Positions 29,533 through 39,190 of a stretch of DNA of 64,000 nucleotides are shown here, piece by piece. Source of the DNA: a bacterium (GTDB taxonomy: Bacteria; UBA8248); the NCBI GenBank assembly GCA_965207065.1, contig OZ242260.1, positions 4,032,001-4,096,000 on the forward strand, read 5' to 3'. Numbering within the stretch: the first letter of the stretch is position 1; every line of letters starts with the position of its first letter. The notes beneath the pieces were generated by a model, which saw only the letters and a program-made list of their open reading frames with translations, made no database searches and was not told the origin of the DNA. A program made the position numbers and the translations under genes.

Positions 29533-29800
29533 TCAGGACGCTAGATCGAGAGCCAGCCGCCGTCGATCGCCAGCGTGTGGCCGGTCACCATCGAGGAGGC
29601 GGGGCTCGCGAGATAGATGATGCCTCCGGCGATTTCCTCGGGCTCGCCGAGCCGGCCGAGCGGCGTGCGCGCCCTGATCTCGTCCTCGAGCCCGGGCCGG
29701 CGCTGACGCAGGTCGGCGCCGAGATTGGTGTAGAAGAAGGTCGGCGCGATGGCGTTCACCCGGATGCCACGGTCCGCCCATTCGACGGCGAGCGAGCGGG
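29533..29800 (-). repeat. Right copy of the 268-bp direct repeat (3' end of the intact SDR gene)
   Basis: Matches 22902-23169. Confidence 0.95.
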
Positions 29801-30335
29801 TCATGTTGACGATCGCCCCCTTGGTCGCCTGATAGGGGATGTGGGGGACCATCGCGTTCGCCCGAAACCCCATGATCGAGGCGATCGAGACGATCCGCCC
29901 CTCCCCCTGGGCCAGCATGTGCTTCGCCGCCCGGCGCGCGCAGACGAACGGGGCGGTCATGTTGACCTCGACCACCTCGTCCCAGTCCTCGTCGGGAAAT
30001 TGCTCGGTCGGGCCGGGCCGCGCGATGCCCGCATTGTTGATCAGGATGTGGAGCCCGCCGAACCGCTCGGCCGCCTCGTCGATCACGGTGTCGATGCGCT
30101 TGCGGTCGGCGACGTCGAGCCGCCAGGACTCGGCGACCCCGCCGGCCTCGCGGATCTCCGCCGCGACCCTCCCGGCCGCCGCCGGGTCGATATCGGTGAC
30201 CGCGACATGCGCCCCCGCGCCGGCAAGCGCTATCGCGGCGATTCGTCCCAGCCCGCCGCCCGCCCCGGTGACCAGCGCGCTGTTGCCGTCGATGCGAAAC
30301 AGCGCCTCGATCGAAACCTTCTCGAAACCCGCCAT
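29541..30335 (-). CDS. Short-chain dehydrogenase/reductase
   Basis: TGAGGGLG, NNAG, YQATK, IRVNAIAP, AIDGG. Confidence 0.93.
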   Translation of the reverse strand: MAGFEKVSIEALFRIDGNSALVTGAGGGLGRIAAIALAGAGAHVAVTDIDPAAAGRVAAEIREAGGVAESWRLDVADRKRIDTVIDEAAERFGGLHILINNAGIARPGPTEQFPDEDWDEVVEVNMTAPFVCARRAAKHMLAQGEGRIVSIASIMGFRANAMVPHIPYQATKGAIVNMTRSLAVEWADRGIRVNAIAPTFFYTNLGADLRQRRPGLEDEIRARTPLGRLGEPEEIAGGIIYLASPASSMVTGHTLAIDGGWLSI

Positions 30336-30960
30336 GGCCGCCTCCCCTGAGACCCCTCCGGTTGCGCGTCCCCCCGCCGCTCACCCGCGCGGTCAGGCAT
30401 AGCGGGATTTCCGCCCATGCACGGAACTTCAGGGCCATACCGCCTCCCACCCTGCCATTTCGCTATCGATCGAGCAAGAAGCAACCTGATGAGAAACGGA
30501 CGTGATGCCCGATTCGGCAGGGAGCGCGGAGCCTGGTCCGGAAAGTCGCGATATCTGTGCGATCGTGTTTTCATTCTCCCGTCGGGTGAAATTTTCACGC
30601 GAATGCGTATGTACAACACGCTATGAACATACCGGCCCAATAAGCCGAACAGGCAGGCGCCAGGCTTCGTCGCGCGTCGCCATCCTTCGAGGGTACGCGC
30701 GCCACCCGCTCTTTCCCGAACCGCCCGGCTCCGCAACCGGGTTCCGTCCTCCCGCGCTGTCGTTTGCTTCGGCGGGGTCCCGGTGGTACCCTGCGGTATC
30801 CATTCGGGCTTTATATTCCATCGGGCGGGGCGCAACGAACCGCCCGGCGTTTGAATCGTGGCGTGAGAGTCGTCGGCTCGCGATGCCGCCCGTTTGGACT
30901 CCCTCGGGGATGGCCCGCACAGCATGACGGTCCGAGCGCACCCATCAGGGAGGAACAGAA

Positions 30961-32250
30961 ATGTCCAAAAGCATTATCACGAGACGCGAGTTCCTGAAGT
31001 ATTCAACCGCTGGTTCACTGGCCGGCATAGGTTCCCTGGCGGCGCCGGGAATCCTGAAGTCGGGCCTTGCTTCGTCCAAGCCCATCAAGATCGGCTGCCC
31101 GATGCCGCTCACCGGGCGGTATTCCCGCGAGGCGCTCTACTGCGTCGAGGGCTACAAGCTCTGGGCCAAGCACATCAACGAGAAGGGGTACAGTTACGGC
31201 AACGAGGGGCTCCCGCACCGCGAGCCCGGGCTCATCGGCGGGCGCAAGGTCGAGCTGACCGTTCTCGACGATACCAGCGACCCCACCCAGGGCGCGCGGC
31301 TCATGCTCCATCTCATCCACAACCAGAAGGTCGACCTGCTGCTCGGCCCCTACGCCAGCTCCATCAACCTGGCGGTGCGCCCCATCGTCGCCGCGGCGAA
31401 GATTCCCACCGTCAGCGCCACCGCCTCCAGCCAGAAGATATGGCTGGGCCAGAAACTCAACTGGCAGGTGCAGCTCATGGTTCCGAGCCGCGACCGCTTC
31501 GCCGGCATGGAAGTGATGTGCAAGAACGCCGGGATGAAGAAGGTCGCCCTGCTGCACATCGACGACGCGATGCCGATCGCCGCGGCGGAGGGCGTGCGCA
31601 AGCGCATCCTGGACGCGGGCCTCGACCTCGTCCTCGACGAGGCCTATCCCATCGGGATTCAGGACATGGTGCCGCTGGTCCGCAAGGCCCGGGACGCCGG
31701 CGCCGAGGTGCTCTGCGGCGGCGGCTACTCGGCCGACTCCATCCTGATCGCCAAGGCCGCCCTTTCGCTGAAATGGGCGCCCAAGGCGATATGGTACATG
31801 TCCGCTCTCGGCCACGTGGACTTCAACCAGGCGCTCGGCAAGAACGCGGCCTGGCATTGCAGCGACACCGAATGGCTGCCGACGGCCAACTGGCCCGGCA
31901 ACAAGAAGTTCGTCGACGCCTTCGCCAAGGAGTACAACAAGGCGCCCGACTGGCTCGCGGCGGCCGGATACGGCGGTTGTCAGATTCTCGAAGAGGCGGT
32001 CAAACGGGCCGGCTCGGTGGAGAACCGCTCGAAGATCCGTGACGTCATGTTCTCGCTCGACCGAGCCACCGTGTTCGGACGCTTCCGGGTGAACCCGCTG
32101 GGCCATGCCGACTCCGGGCTGCAGGTCGGCGGCACACGACTCGCTTTGCAGAACCAGGTCAAGAACGGCAAGGTGGTGCCGGAGGTGATCTACCCGAGCA
32201 AGATCGCCTCCGCCAAGTTCGTGCACCCGTTCAAGTGGGAAGCCATGTAG
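30961..32250 (+). CDS. Branched-chain amino acid-type ABC substrate-binding protein with Tat signal
   Basis: TRREFLK twin-arginine motif, IKIGCPMPLTG, LLGPYAS; GGAGG RBS. Confidence 0.9.
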   Translation: MSKSIITRREFLKYSTAGSLAGIGSLAAPGILKSGLASSKPIKIGCPMPLTGRYSREALYCVEGYKLWAKHINEKGYSYGNEGLPHREPGLIGGRKVELTVLDDTSDPTQGARLMLHLIHNQKVDLLLGPYASSINLAVRPIVAAAKIPTVSATASSQKIWLGQKLNWQVQLMVPSRDRFAGMEVMCKNAGMKKVALLHIDDAMPIAAAEGVRKRILDAGLDLVLDEAYPIGIQDMVPLVRKARDAGAEVLCGGGYSADSILIAKAALSLKWAPKAIWYMSALGHVDFNQALGKNAAWHCSDTEWLPTANWPGNKKFVDAFAKEYNKAPDWLAAAGYGGCQILEEAVKRAGSVENRSKIRDVMFSLDRATVFGRFRVNPLGHADSGLQVGGTRLALQNQVKNGKVVPEVIYPSKIASAKFVHPFKWEAM

Positions 32251-32371
32251 GCGCAGGCGCCCCCCCGGCGGAACCGTTGCATCCCGCCGGGAGTCCGTCT
32301 CGATTCGGGCTCCCGGCGGCTGCGCCGAGTCGCCGGCTTCGGCCAACCACCCTTCGTTTGGGATACCCGGC

Positions 32372-33247
32372 ATGATCGAAACCCTCGGTGCCTTCGGTGA
32401 GTTGATCGCGTTCGGGCTCATCCTGGGGACCATGTACGCCCTGGTGGCCATCGGTCTGAGCCTGATCTTCGGCGTCTGCGGAGTCGTCAACGCGGCCCAC
32501 GGCGACTTCGTGATGCTCGGCGCCTTCACCACCTTCGGCGCGTGGTCTTTCCTCGGCCTGAATCCGCTGCTAGCGCTGCCCCTCAGCATGGCGGTGCTCT
32601 TCGCCGTCGGCTTCGGAATGGGTCATTTCCTGATCAACGTCGTCGCCGTCCGCGGGCTGATGCCGCCGATGATGCTGACCTTCGGGATATCCATGATCCT
32701 GTGGAACACGGCGGAGGTGGTCTTCACGCCGACCTTCCGCTCGGTCGACTATCTGGGCGAGCCGGTCACGGTCGGGTTTCTCACCACCAGCAAGATATAT
32801 CTCGTCGCCTTTGCGCTGGCGCTGCTCCTGCTCGCCGCTTTCTTCGCCCTCCTCCGGTTCACGGCGTACGGCGAGGCCATCCGCGCCACCGCGCAGAACC
32901 GGAATCTGGCGCAGGCCTGCGGCATCGACGTCAAGCAGGTCATGGCGGTGACCTTCGGCCTCGGCACCGCGCTGGCGGGCGCCTGCGGGACCATGGTGGC
33001 GATGGTGTGGACGATATATCCGCAAATGGGGTTGATCTACGTGGCCAAGGCCTTCGCCATCGTCGTCATCGGCGGACTCGGGAGCCTGCCCGGCGCGTTT
33101 CTGGGGGCCTACATCTTCGGGGTCGTCGAGAGCGTCGGCACCCATTACCTGACGACGCGGATGGCGCAGGTGCTGCCATACCTGATCATCGTTCTGATTC
33201 TGGCTGTCCGGCGACGCGGTTTGCTCGGCCACGAGGTGGAGGATTGA
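32372..33247 (+). CDS. Branched-chain amino acid ABC permease (LivH-like)
   Basis: YALVAIGLSLIFG, NAAHG, VVIGGLGS. Confidence 0.92.
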   Translation: MIETLGAFGELIAFGLILGTMYALVAIGLSLIFGVCGVVNAAHGDFVMLGAFTTFGAWSFLGLNPLLALPLSMAVLFAVGFGMGHFLINVVAVRGLMPPMMLTFGISMILWNTAEVVFTPTFRSVDYLGEPVTVGFLTTSKIYLVAFALALLLLAAFFALLRFTAYGEAIRATAQNRNLAQACGIDVKQVMAVTFGLGTALAGACGTMVAMVWTIYPQMGLIYVAKAFAIVVIGGLGSLPGAFLGAYIFGVVESVGTHYLTTRMAQVLPYLIIVLILAVRRRGLLGHEVED

Positions 33248-33254
33248 TCCAGCC

Positions 33255-34202
33255 ATGACCTGGAGACGCGCGGTTCCCTACGTCGGCGCCACGGGCCTGA
33301 TCGCCTACGCGGTCCTCGCGGGTACTGCGCCGCTCTTTCTGGGCCCGGCGGCGCTCTCCCTGCTGTTCCTGACCCTCTACTACGTCTGCCTCGCCGGCGC
33401 CTGGAACTTCTTTTCCGGCTTTTCCGGCTATATCAATTTCGGCTTCGTCCTGTTCGTCGGGCTCGGCATGTACGCCTCGGTGATCGGCTTCGTCGACTTC
33501 AAGATGGGACTGATCCCGGGCTACCTGACGGGCGGGCTCGTCTCCGCCATCGTCGCGGCGGTGATAGGCTATCCGCTGCTGCGCATACGCGGCGCCTATT
33601 TCGCAATCTCGATGCTGGCCCTGGCCGAGGGAGCCCGGGTGCTCATTTCCACCAAGTACCTGACGCCGCTCACGCGCGGCGGCGCCGGCATGCCCGTCCT
33701 CGCGGGAAACCTGACCCAGAAGTACTACGCCATCTTCCTGCTTGCGGTCTGCATCGTGCTGGCGACCATGTTCTTCGCCCGCTCGTACTTCGGCCTGTCG
33801 CTGATCGCCGTTCGGGAAGACGAGTCCGCGGCGAGCGGTCTCGCGGTCAATACCACCGCTGTGAAGGTCAGCGCGTTCGTCGTCAGCGCCTTCTTCGCCG
33901 GAACGGCGGGCGGCATCCAGGCCACTTTTCTGCACTACATCGAACCGTTCGCGGCATTCGATATCAAGTACACCATGCTGTCCATCGTGATGGCCATGTT
34001 CGGCGGGCTGGGAACCGTCCTCGGCGCGGTGATCGGCGCCGTCACGCTCCAGCTCATCAGCGACTACGTCTGGCTGCACCTCGGCCAGGCCAACATCACC
34101 GTCTTCGGTCTCATTCTGGTCTGCCTGGTCATCTGGATGCCCGACGGCGTCGTGGTCCGCCTCAAGGAGATGGGGATTCTGCCGAAAACGAGGTGGATAT
34201 GA
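33255..34202 (+). CDS. Branched-chain amino acid ABC permease (LivM-like)
   Basis: GFSGYINFG, LRIRGAYFAI, AVREDE, FGGLGT. Confidence 0.92.
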   Translation: MTWRRAVPYVGATGLIAYAVLAGTAPLFLGPAALSLLFLTLYYVCLAGAWNFFSGFSGYINFGFVLFVGLGMYASVIGFVDFKMGLIPGYLTGGLVSAIVAAVIGYPLLRIRGAYFAISMLALAEGARVLISTKYLTPLTRGGAGMPVLAGNLTQKYYAIFLLAVCIVLATMFFARSYFGLSLIAVREDESAASGLAVNTTAVKVSAFVVSAFFAGTAGGIQATFLHYIEPFAAFDIKYTMLSIVMAMFGGLGTVLGAVIGAVTLQLISDYVWLHLGQANITVFGLILVCLVIWMPDGVVVRLKEMGILPKTRWI

Positions 34203-34263
34203 CGATGGAGGCGAAAACCCGTCTCGCCGAGGGACACCGATTGAGCCCGCCCGGGAGAGAAGC

Positions 34264-34971
34264 ATGACCGCCGACAGGCCGATCCTCGAGATCCACGACG
34301 TCCGGAAAAGCTTCGGGGGCGTCCATGCGCTCGCCGGGTGCGGCTTTTCCGTCGGAGAGGGCGAGATCGTCGGTCTGATCGGCCCCAACGGCTCCGGCAA
34401 GACGACCTTGTTCAATACCATCGTGGGATATCTGCCGCTGGACGACGGGCGCATCCTCTATCGCGGAGAGAACGTAACGGGTCTGCCGCCCTACCAGATC
34501 GCCCGGAAGGGCATCGGCCGCACCTTTCAGGTGACGCGCATCTTCCCCAAGATGACTTTATTGGAGAACGTCACCTTGCCGACGGGAAGCGCCGACGCGA
34601 ACGACAGGGCGTATGAACTTCTCGAACTCGTCGGCCTGGCCGACCTGCAGGACGAATACGCGAGCGACCTCTCCTTCGGCCAGCAACGCCTGCTCTCCAT
34701 CATCCAGGTCCTGATGCTCGATCCGTGGTTGATCCTGCTCGACGAGCCGGCCGCCGGCGTCAATCCCGTCATGCAGAAGAAATTGCTGGAGCTGATCCAT
34801 TATCTGAATGAGGAAGGCAGGACCTTCCTGATCATCGAGCACAACATGGACGTGGTCATGAACAACTGTGAACGCGTCGTCGTCCTGAGCATGGGTGAGA
34901 AGATCGCCGAAGGATCGCCGGATGAAGTCCGGCGGGACGAGGCGGTACTCACCGCCTATTTCGGAGCCTGA
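34264..34971 (+). CDS. ABC ATPase (LivG-like)
   Basis: GPNGSGKT, LSFGQQ, LLDEP, IEH. Confidence 0.93.
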   Translation: MTADRPILEIHDVRKSFGGVHALAGCGFSVGEGEIVGLIGPNGSGKTTLFNTIVGYLPLDDGRILYRGENVTGLPPYQIARKGIGRTFQVTRIFPKMTLLENVTLPTGSADANDRAYELLELVGLADLQDEYASDLSFGQQRLLSIIQVLMLDPWLILLDEPAAGVNPVMQKKLLELIHYLNEEGRTFLIIEHNMDVVMNNCERVVVLSMGEKIAEGSPDEVRRDEAVLTAYFGA

Positions 34972-34974
34972 GCC

Positions 34975-35694
34975 ATGGCCGGGGATACATTGCTGAAAGT
35001 GGAGGGAATCGCCTCCGGCTACGGCAAGAAGGAGATCCTGCACGGCGTCTCGCTCGAGGTCGGCCGCGGCGAGACGATCGCCCTCATCGGGCCGAACGGC
35101 GCAGGCAAGTCGACCATGCTGCTGACCATCCTGGGCTACCTGAAGCCGACGGGGGGAAAGGTCGTCCTCGAGGGAGAGGACATCACCGGGATCGAGCCGC
35201 ACCTGATCATCCGGCACGGGGTCGCGTATTGCCCCCAGGGGCGCAACATCTTCCCCCAGATGACGGTGAGCGAGCACCTCCACCTCGGCGCCTGGACGGT
35301 GGCCGACGCCGAGGAGCGGCGCCGCGCGCGCGAAGGGGTATACGGCCTGTTCCCCATCCTGAAGGAAAAGGAGCGCAGCAAGGCCCGAACCCTCAGCGGC
35401 GGCCAGCGGCAAATGCTCAGCTTCGGGATGGCCATGGTCACCAGGCCGACCCTCATCCTGCTCGACGAGCCGACGATCGGGCTGGCGCCCACGGTGATGG
35501 AAACCATCTTCGAGAGCATCGAGCGGATTCACCGCGACGGCGTATCGATCCTGGTCGTGGAGCAGAACTCGGCCAAGGCCCTGGAGAATTCCGACCGGGG
35601 ATACGTGCTGGACATGGGCCGGAATCGCCGGGAGGGAAACTCGGCGGAGCTACTTCTTGATCCGAACATACGCCAAATGTACCTTGGCATGTAG
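34975..35694 (+). CDS. ABC ATPase (LivF-like)
   Basis: GPNGAGKS, LSGGQRQ, LLDEP, VEQN. Confidence 0.93.
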   Translation: MAGDTLLKVEGIASGYGKKEILHGVSLEVGRGETIALIGPNGAGKSTMLLTILGYLKPTGGKVVLEGEDITGIEPHLIIRHGVAYCPQGRNIFPQMTVSEHLHLGAWTVADAEERRRAREGVYGLFPILKEKERSKARTLSGGQRQMLSFGMAMVTRPTLILLDEPTIGLAPTVMETIFESIERIHRDGVSILVVEQNSAKALENSDRGYVLDMGRNRREGNSAELLLDPNIRQMYLGM

Positions 35695-35774
35695 TCACCG
35701 GGGCCGCCCGGCAAGAGAGGCCGGGGCGCCCTATAAGCCGCGCATCGCGCACACCGAAGAGGGAGGGACGAACG

Positions 35775-37097
35775 ATGAGCATGGTCGAAGACGCACTGGC
35801 ATACGTCGACGAGGAAGCTATCGCGCAGTTGACCATGGAGATGGTCGACATCCCGAGCCCCCAGGGCGGTGAGAAGGCGCTCGCCGAATATCTCGCCGAC
35901 CGCTTCCGGGCGGCGGGTCTGCAGACCTGGATGCAGGAGGTCGAGCCGGATCGATATAACGTCTACGGCCAGCTCGAGGGTACGGGCGACGGCCCGACAC
36001 TGATGTACTGCGGCCATCTGGACACGACCTACGGCGGCGACGAGGAGGGCATCCGCGATCTCGGGCCGGGATATCAGCCGAAATCCTGGCGCGAGGGCGA
36101 GTGGATCTACGGCATGGGCACCTACAACATGAAGAGCGGTCACGCATCGGCCATCCTCGCCGTGGAGGCCATGGCCCGCTCCAGGGCGAAGCTGCGCGGC
36201 AACCTGATGATCGCCGGCGTCGTCGGCGAGACCTGCCACACGCCGGTGGGGCGTTACCAGGGCGCCCGTTACCGGGGCTGCGGGATCGGCGCCCGCTTCA
36301 TGGTCAACAACGGCATCACCGCCGACATGGTGGTCATACCCGAACCGACATCCAACCGGATTTCGGTGGCCACGGGCGGCTACGTGTTTATGGAACTCAT
36401 GACCCGGGGCAACCCGGCCGCCACCTACAGCCGCGGCGGCTCCACGGTGAAGATCAAGCCCGGCGAAGACGCCATCGAGAAGATGCTGAACGCCATACCC
36501 GCCCTCAAGAACTGGGGCGAGGACTACCTGAGCAGGACCCGCTACAAGGGTGAGCAGGCCGGAAACGTCAACATCATCGCGATTGAAGGGGGGCATCCGT
36601 TCCGGGCGAGTAAGCTTCCGTGCTTCTGCCGGCTCTATCTGGAAGTCGGGATCATGCCGGGACAGCTGCACGGCGATATCATCGCCGAAGTCGGTCAGGT
36701 AATCCGGCAGCTGCGGGAGAAGGACCCCGCCATGGAGATCGAGCTGCAGGTTATGCAGACGGCGTACGCGGCCGAAATATCGCCCGAGGAATACGTCGTG
36801 CGCAGCATCTCCGCCTCGCACGACCTCGTCTGGGGCGAGCGCCCCGAGATCACCTGGGACGGCTGGTACGCCGACACCGCACCCCTGACCCGCGCCGGAA
36901 TTCCGGCGATCTGCTACGGCCCCCAGGGCCGCGCCAGCGGCGGCGGCACAGGCTACTACCCGAAGGAGGGAGAGCACGCATCGGTCCATGATCTCACCAA
37001 AGGCGCCCACGTGTTCGTCAACGCCGCCCATGACATCTGCATGAAGGATCGCCTCGAGATACGAAAGCCCGATGTCGCCGGGACAATCGTACGCTGA
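35775..37097 (+). CDS. M20-family metallo-hydrolase (ArgE/DapE-like)
   Basis: IPSPQGGE, CGHLDT, IYGMGTYNMKSG, PEPT, GIPAICYGP. Confidence 0.85.
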   Translation: MSMVEDALAYVDEEAIAQLTMEMVDIPSPQGGEKALAEYLADRFRAAGLQTWMQEVEPDRYNVYGQLEGTGDGPTLMYCGHLDTTYGGDEEGIRDLGPGYQPKSWREGEWIYGMGTYNMKSGHASAILAVEAMARSRAKLRGNLMIAGVVGETCHTPVGRYQGARYRGCGIGARFMVNNGITADMVVIPEPTSNRISVATGGYVFMELMTRGNPAATYSRGGSTVKIKPGEDAIEKMLNAIPALKNWGEDYLSRTRYKGEQAGNVNIIAIEGGHPFRASKLPCFCRLYLEVGIMPGQLHGDIIAEVGQVIRQLREKDPAMEIELQVMQTAYAAEISPEEYVVRSISASHDLVWGERPEITWDGWYADTAPLTRAGIPAICYGPQGRASGGGTGYYPKEGEHASVHDLTKGAHVFVNAAHDICMKDRLEIRKPDVAGTIVR

Positions 37098-37270
37098 CGC
37101 GTCGCCGCAATAAGCGGGAGCCGTCCGCCCACAGGGGAGCGGAACACTCCCGGGAAAACCTGCGTACCGGGGTCCTATGCCTTCTTCCTGGGCTTTCGGG
37201 AAAAACGGGACAACATCTCTCCTTCCTGCTATCCCATAGGTAAGGCATGAGGGAAAAAGGAGATCATGAG

Positions 37271-37504
37271 TTGGTCGAGTCCAAGACTACATCCAAAGGC
37301 CGGACGACGATCCCTAAGTCCGTACGCGAGGCGCTTGGCGTAAAGCCGGGCGACCGTGTCCGCTATCTCGTTCTGGGCGATGAGGTGCGAATTACCCCGG
37401 TTCGGCCCCTCGCCCGGCTCTTCGGCGCGCTCAAACACGACGGCCCGCCGGTGACGCTCGAGGAGATGGAGCGCGCCATCGCCGACGGGGCGCGTGAGGG
37501 GTGA
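37271..37504 (+). CDS. AbrB/MazE/SpoVT-type antitoxin
   Basis: TTSKGRTTIPKSVREALGVKPGDRV; AGGAG before TTG 37271; overlaps the next gene (GTGA). Confidence 0.85.
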   Translation: MVESKTTSKGRTTIPKSVREALGVKPGDRVRYLVLGDEVRITPVRPLARLFGALKHDGPPVTLEEMERAIADGAREG

Positions 37505-37728
37505 TCGCGGCGGTGCTGAAGGAACTCGTCGCCACCGAGGAACTCGAAATCGAGGCGGCGGACGACGTGGCCCGCGCCGCATTCGGTTACCGAAGCGGCG
37601 GCCCCGGTTTTTCCGACCTCATGCTCGCAGCGGCCGCCAACCGGCGCGGCGTATCCCCACTCTATACCTTCGACAGACGAGTGGCGCAGATGGCGGGGGC
37701 GGAATTGTTGGGGGTCAATCCCGGCTGA
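37501..37728 (+). pseudogene. VapC/PIN toxin lacking most of its N-terminal half
   Basis: C-terminal PIN features (FSD..LAAAA, LYTFDRR) are present; the DTN motif is absent; only 75 aa. Confidence 0.75.
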
Positions 37729-37738
37729 GAGAGTGGAA

Positions 37739-37849
37739 GACCGCATTCTCCTCGCCACGGCGCGGGCGTTCGGCTACACGCTGGTGAAGCGCGACACCCA
37801 CCCCCTCGAATACGGCGAGGAAGGGCACGCAAGAGTGATGGGGTGTTGA
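37739..37849 (+). pseudogene. C-terminal remnant of a second VapC/PIN toxin
   Basis: Translates to DRILLATARAFGYTLVKRDTHPLEYGEEGHARVMGC*, resembling the D-R-I-I-x-A-T-A...L-V-T-R-D tail of PIN proteins. Confidence 0.65.
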
Positions 37850-37932
37850 GAGAGAAGGCCTGAGCGAGCATGATGCACTCGATCCGGCTAAACGCCGTCC
37901 AGATAGACATTTTGAGATACGGAGGAGACAAA

Positions 37933-38697
37933 TTGAAACGGTTTCCAAAAGGGATACACAACCACCTTAATTACTATGTGTATCGCTTAATCGACCCTAG
38001 AGACGGAGCGACATTTTACATTGGAAAAGGTCGAGGAAACCGCGTGTTCGAGCATGTCCAAGAAGCCATTCCATTGAGTGATAACCCAGAAGACGATTCT
38101 CCGGACGACATGATGTCTGCAAAGATCAAGGTGATTCAAGAAATCAAAAAAGCAGGCTTGGAACCGATACATGTTATTCACCGGCATGGGATGACTGAAG
38201 AAGTAGCTTATGAAGTAGAAGCTGCTTTAATTGACGCTACACCAGGATTAAAAAACGAAGTATCCGGACACGGATCGAACGATTATGGGCCAGCACATGT
38301 AGAGCAGATTATAAAGCAATATGTCGCCGAAGAGATAAAATTCAGTCCGAAACATAAGATTATGGTGATTAAGGTTCGGGCTTCAATGGTAGATAGATTT
38401 GGACTTTATGACACAGTTCGGTGTGCTTGGAGAGTGAACAAATCCAAAGCGGAGCAGGCGGATTACGTGCTTGCCGTAACGGATGGTATATGTCAGGGAG
38501 TGTTTGTTCCTGACAAATGGATTGCAATAACGTCAGAAGAATTCCCTCAAAGACCGGATATCCATCAAGAATCCAAGCGGTATGGCTTCCATGGTAAAGA
38601 AGCAAATCGAAAAATAACGAATAGGTACAAAGGGAAGCGATTACCCGAACATCTACGAAAACCGGGTATGGCATCACCAATTCTATACGAATACTAA
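37933..38697 (+). CDS. LEM-3-like GIY-YIG domain protein
   Basis: YYVYRLIDPRDGATFYIGKGRGNRVFEH...VEAALID...N; GGAGG before TTG 37933; low GC. Confidence 0.8.
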   Translation: MKRFPKGIHNHLNYYVYRLIDPRDGATFYIGKGRGNRVFEHVQEAIPLSDNPEDDSPDDMMSAKIKVIQEIKKAGLEPIHVIHRHGMTEEVAYEVEAALIDATPGLKNEVSGHGSNDYGPAHVEQIIKQYVAEEIKFSPKHKIMVIKVRASMVDRFGLYDTVRCAWRVNKSKAEQADYVLAVTDGICQGVFVPDKWIAITSEEFPQRPDIHQESKRYGFHGKEANRKITNRYKGKRLPEHLRKPGMASPILYEY

Positions 38698-38885
38698 AAA
38701 ATCAAGGTCTGATATCCGGGTGCAGTCTCGCGTCTCCTCGACGCGGAAGCGACCCGCCGTCACGAACCCCATCTCTCCGGGAGCGATGTAGACGGAAACT
38801 CCACTCTCCCGGTCAAGTGGAAAGGGATTATGTTTGTTAGGAAAATTATATGGGGTTTATAAACTGGTTAAATTCATTATAAAGA

Positions 38886-39106
38886 GGCTGTTGAAAAACC
38901 CCTGCCTGCGTCTCCCACACCTTCTCGTATCTATCAAAACGGGGAAAGAACGCCGTCATTCCGGCGAAAGCCGGAATGACGAACAAAACCGCACCTCCTC
39001 GTAAGGACAAGCGACCTCGGACAGGCACAGGGACCTGTCCCTACGATCCCTCCTGCCCGGCTGGTTTCATTTGTCGAATCACGAAACTAGGTTTTTTCAA
39101 CAACCC
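38886..39106. repeat. MITE-like element with two REP-like cargo types
   Basis: GGCTGTTGAAAAACC ... GGTTTTTTCAACAACCC; internal CGTCATTCCGGCGAAAGCCGGAATGACG (38954-38981) and GGACAGGCACAGGGACCTGTCCCTAC. Confidence 0.78.
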
Positions 39107-39190
39107 TGAAATGGGGGGATATGCGGGAAGCTTGTTTCGCGAAACTTTACCTGGGTATTGCTCGTTTCTTCAATTCGAGGCGTATTCGTA

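Noticed and set aside
30340-30955. Riboswitch or hammerhead ribozyme in the 600-bp divergent intergenic region (CTGATGAGAAA near 30486)
   Set aside because: I could not build the required stems by eye; an Rfam scan is needed.
31015-32589. Long antisense or alternate-frame ORFs (also 35529-37031, 58841-60655, 61924-63498)
   Set aside because: Shadow ORFs of well-supported genes in high-GC DNA, with no recognisable motifs.
38700-38800. GC-rich patch after the GIY-YIG gene as a gene remnant
   Set aside because: A short reverse-strand frame exists, but I cannot assign it to any family.
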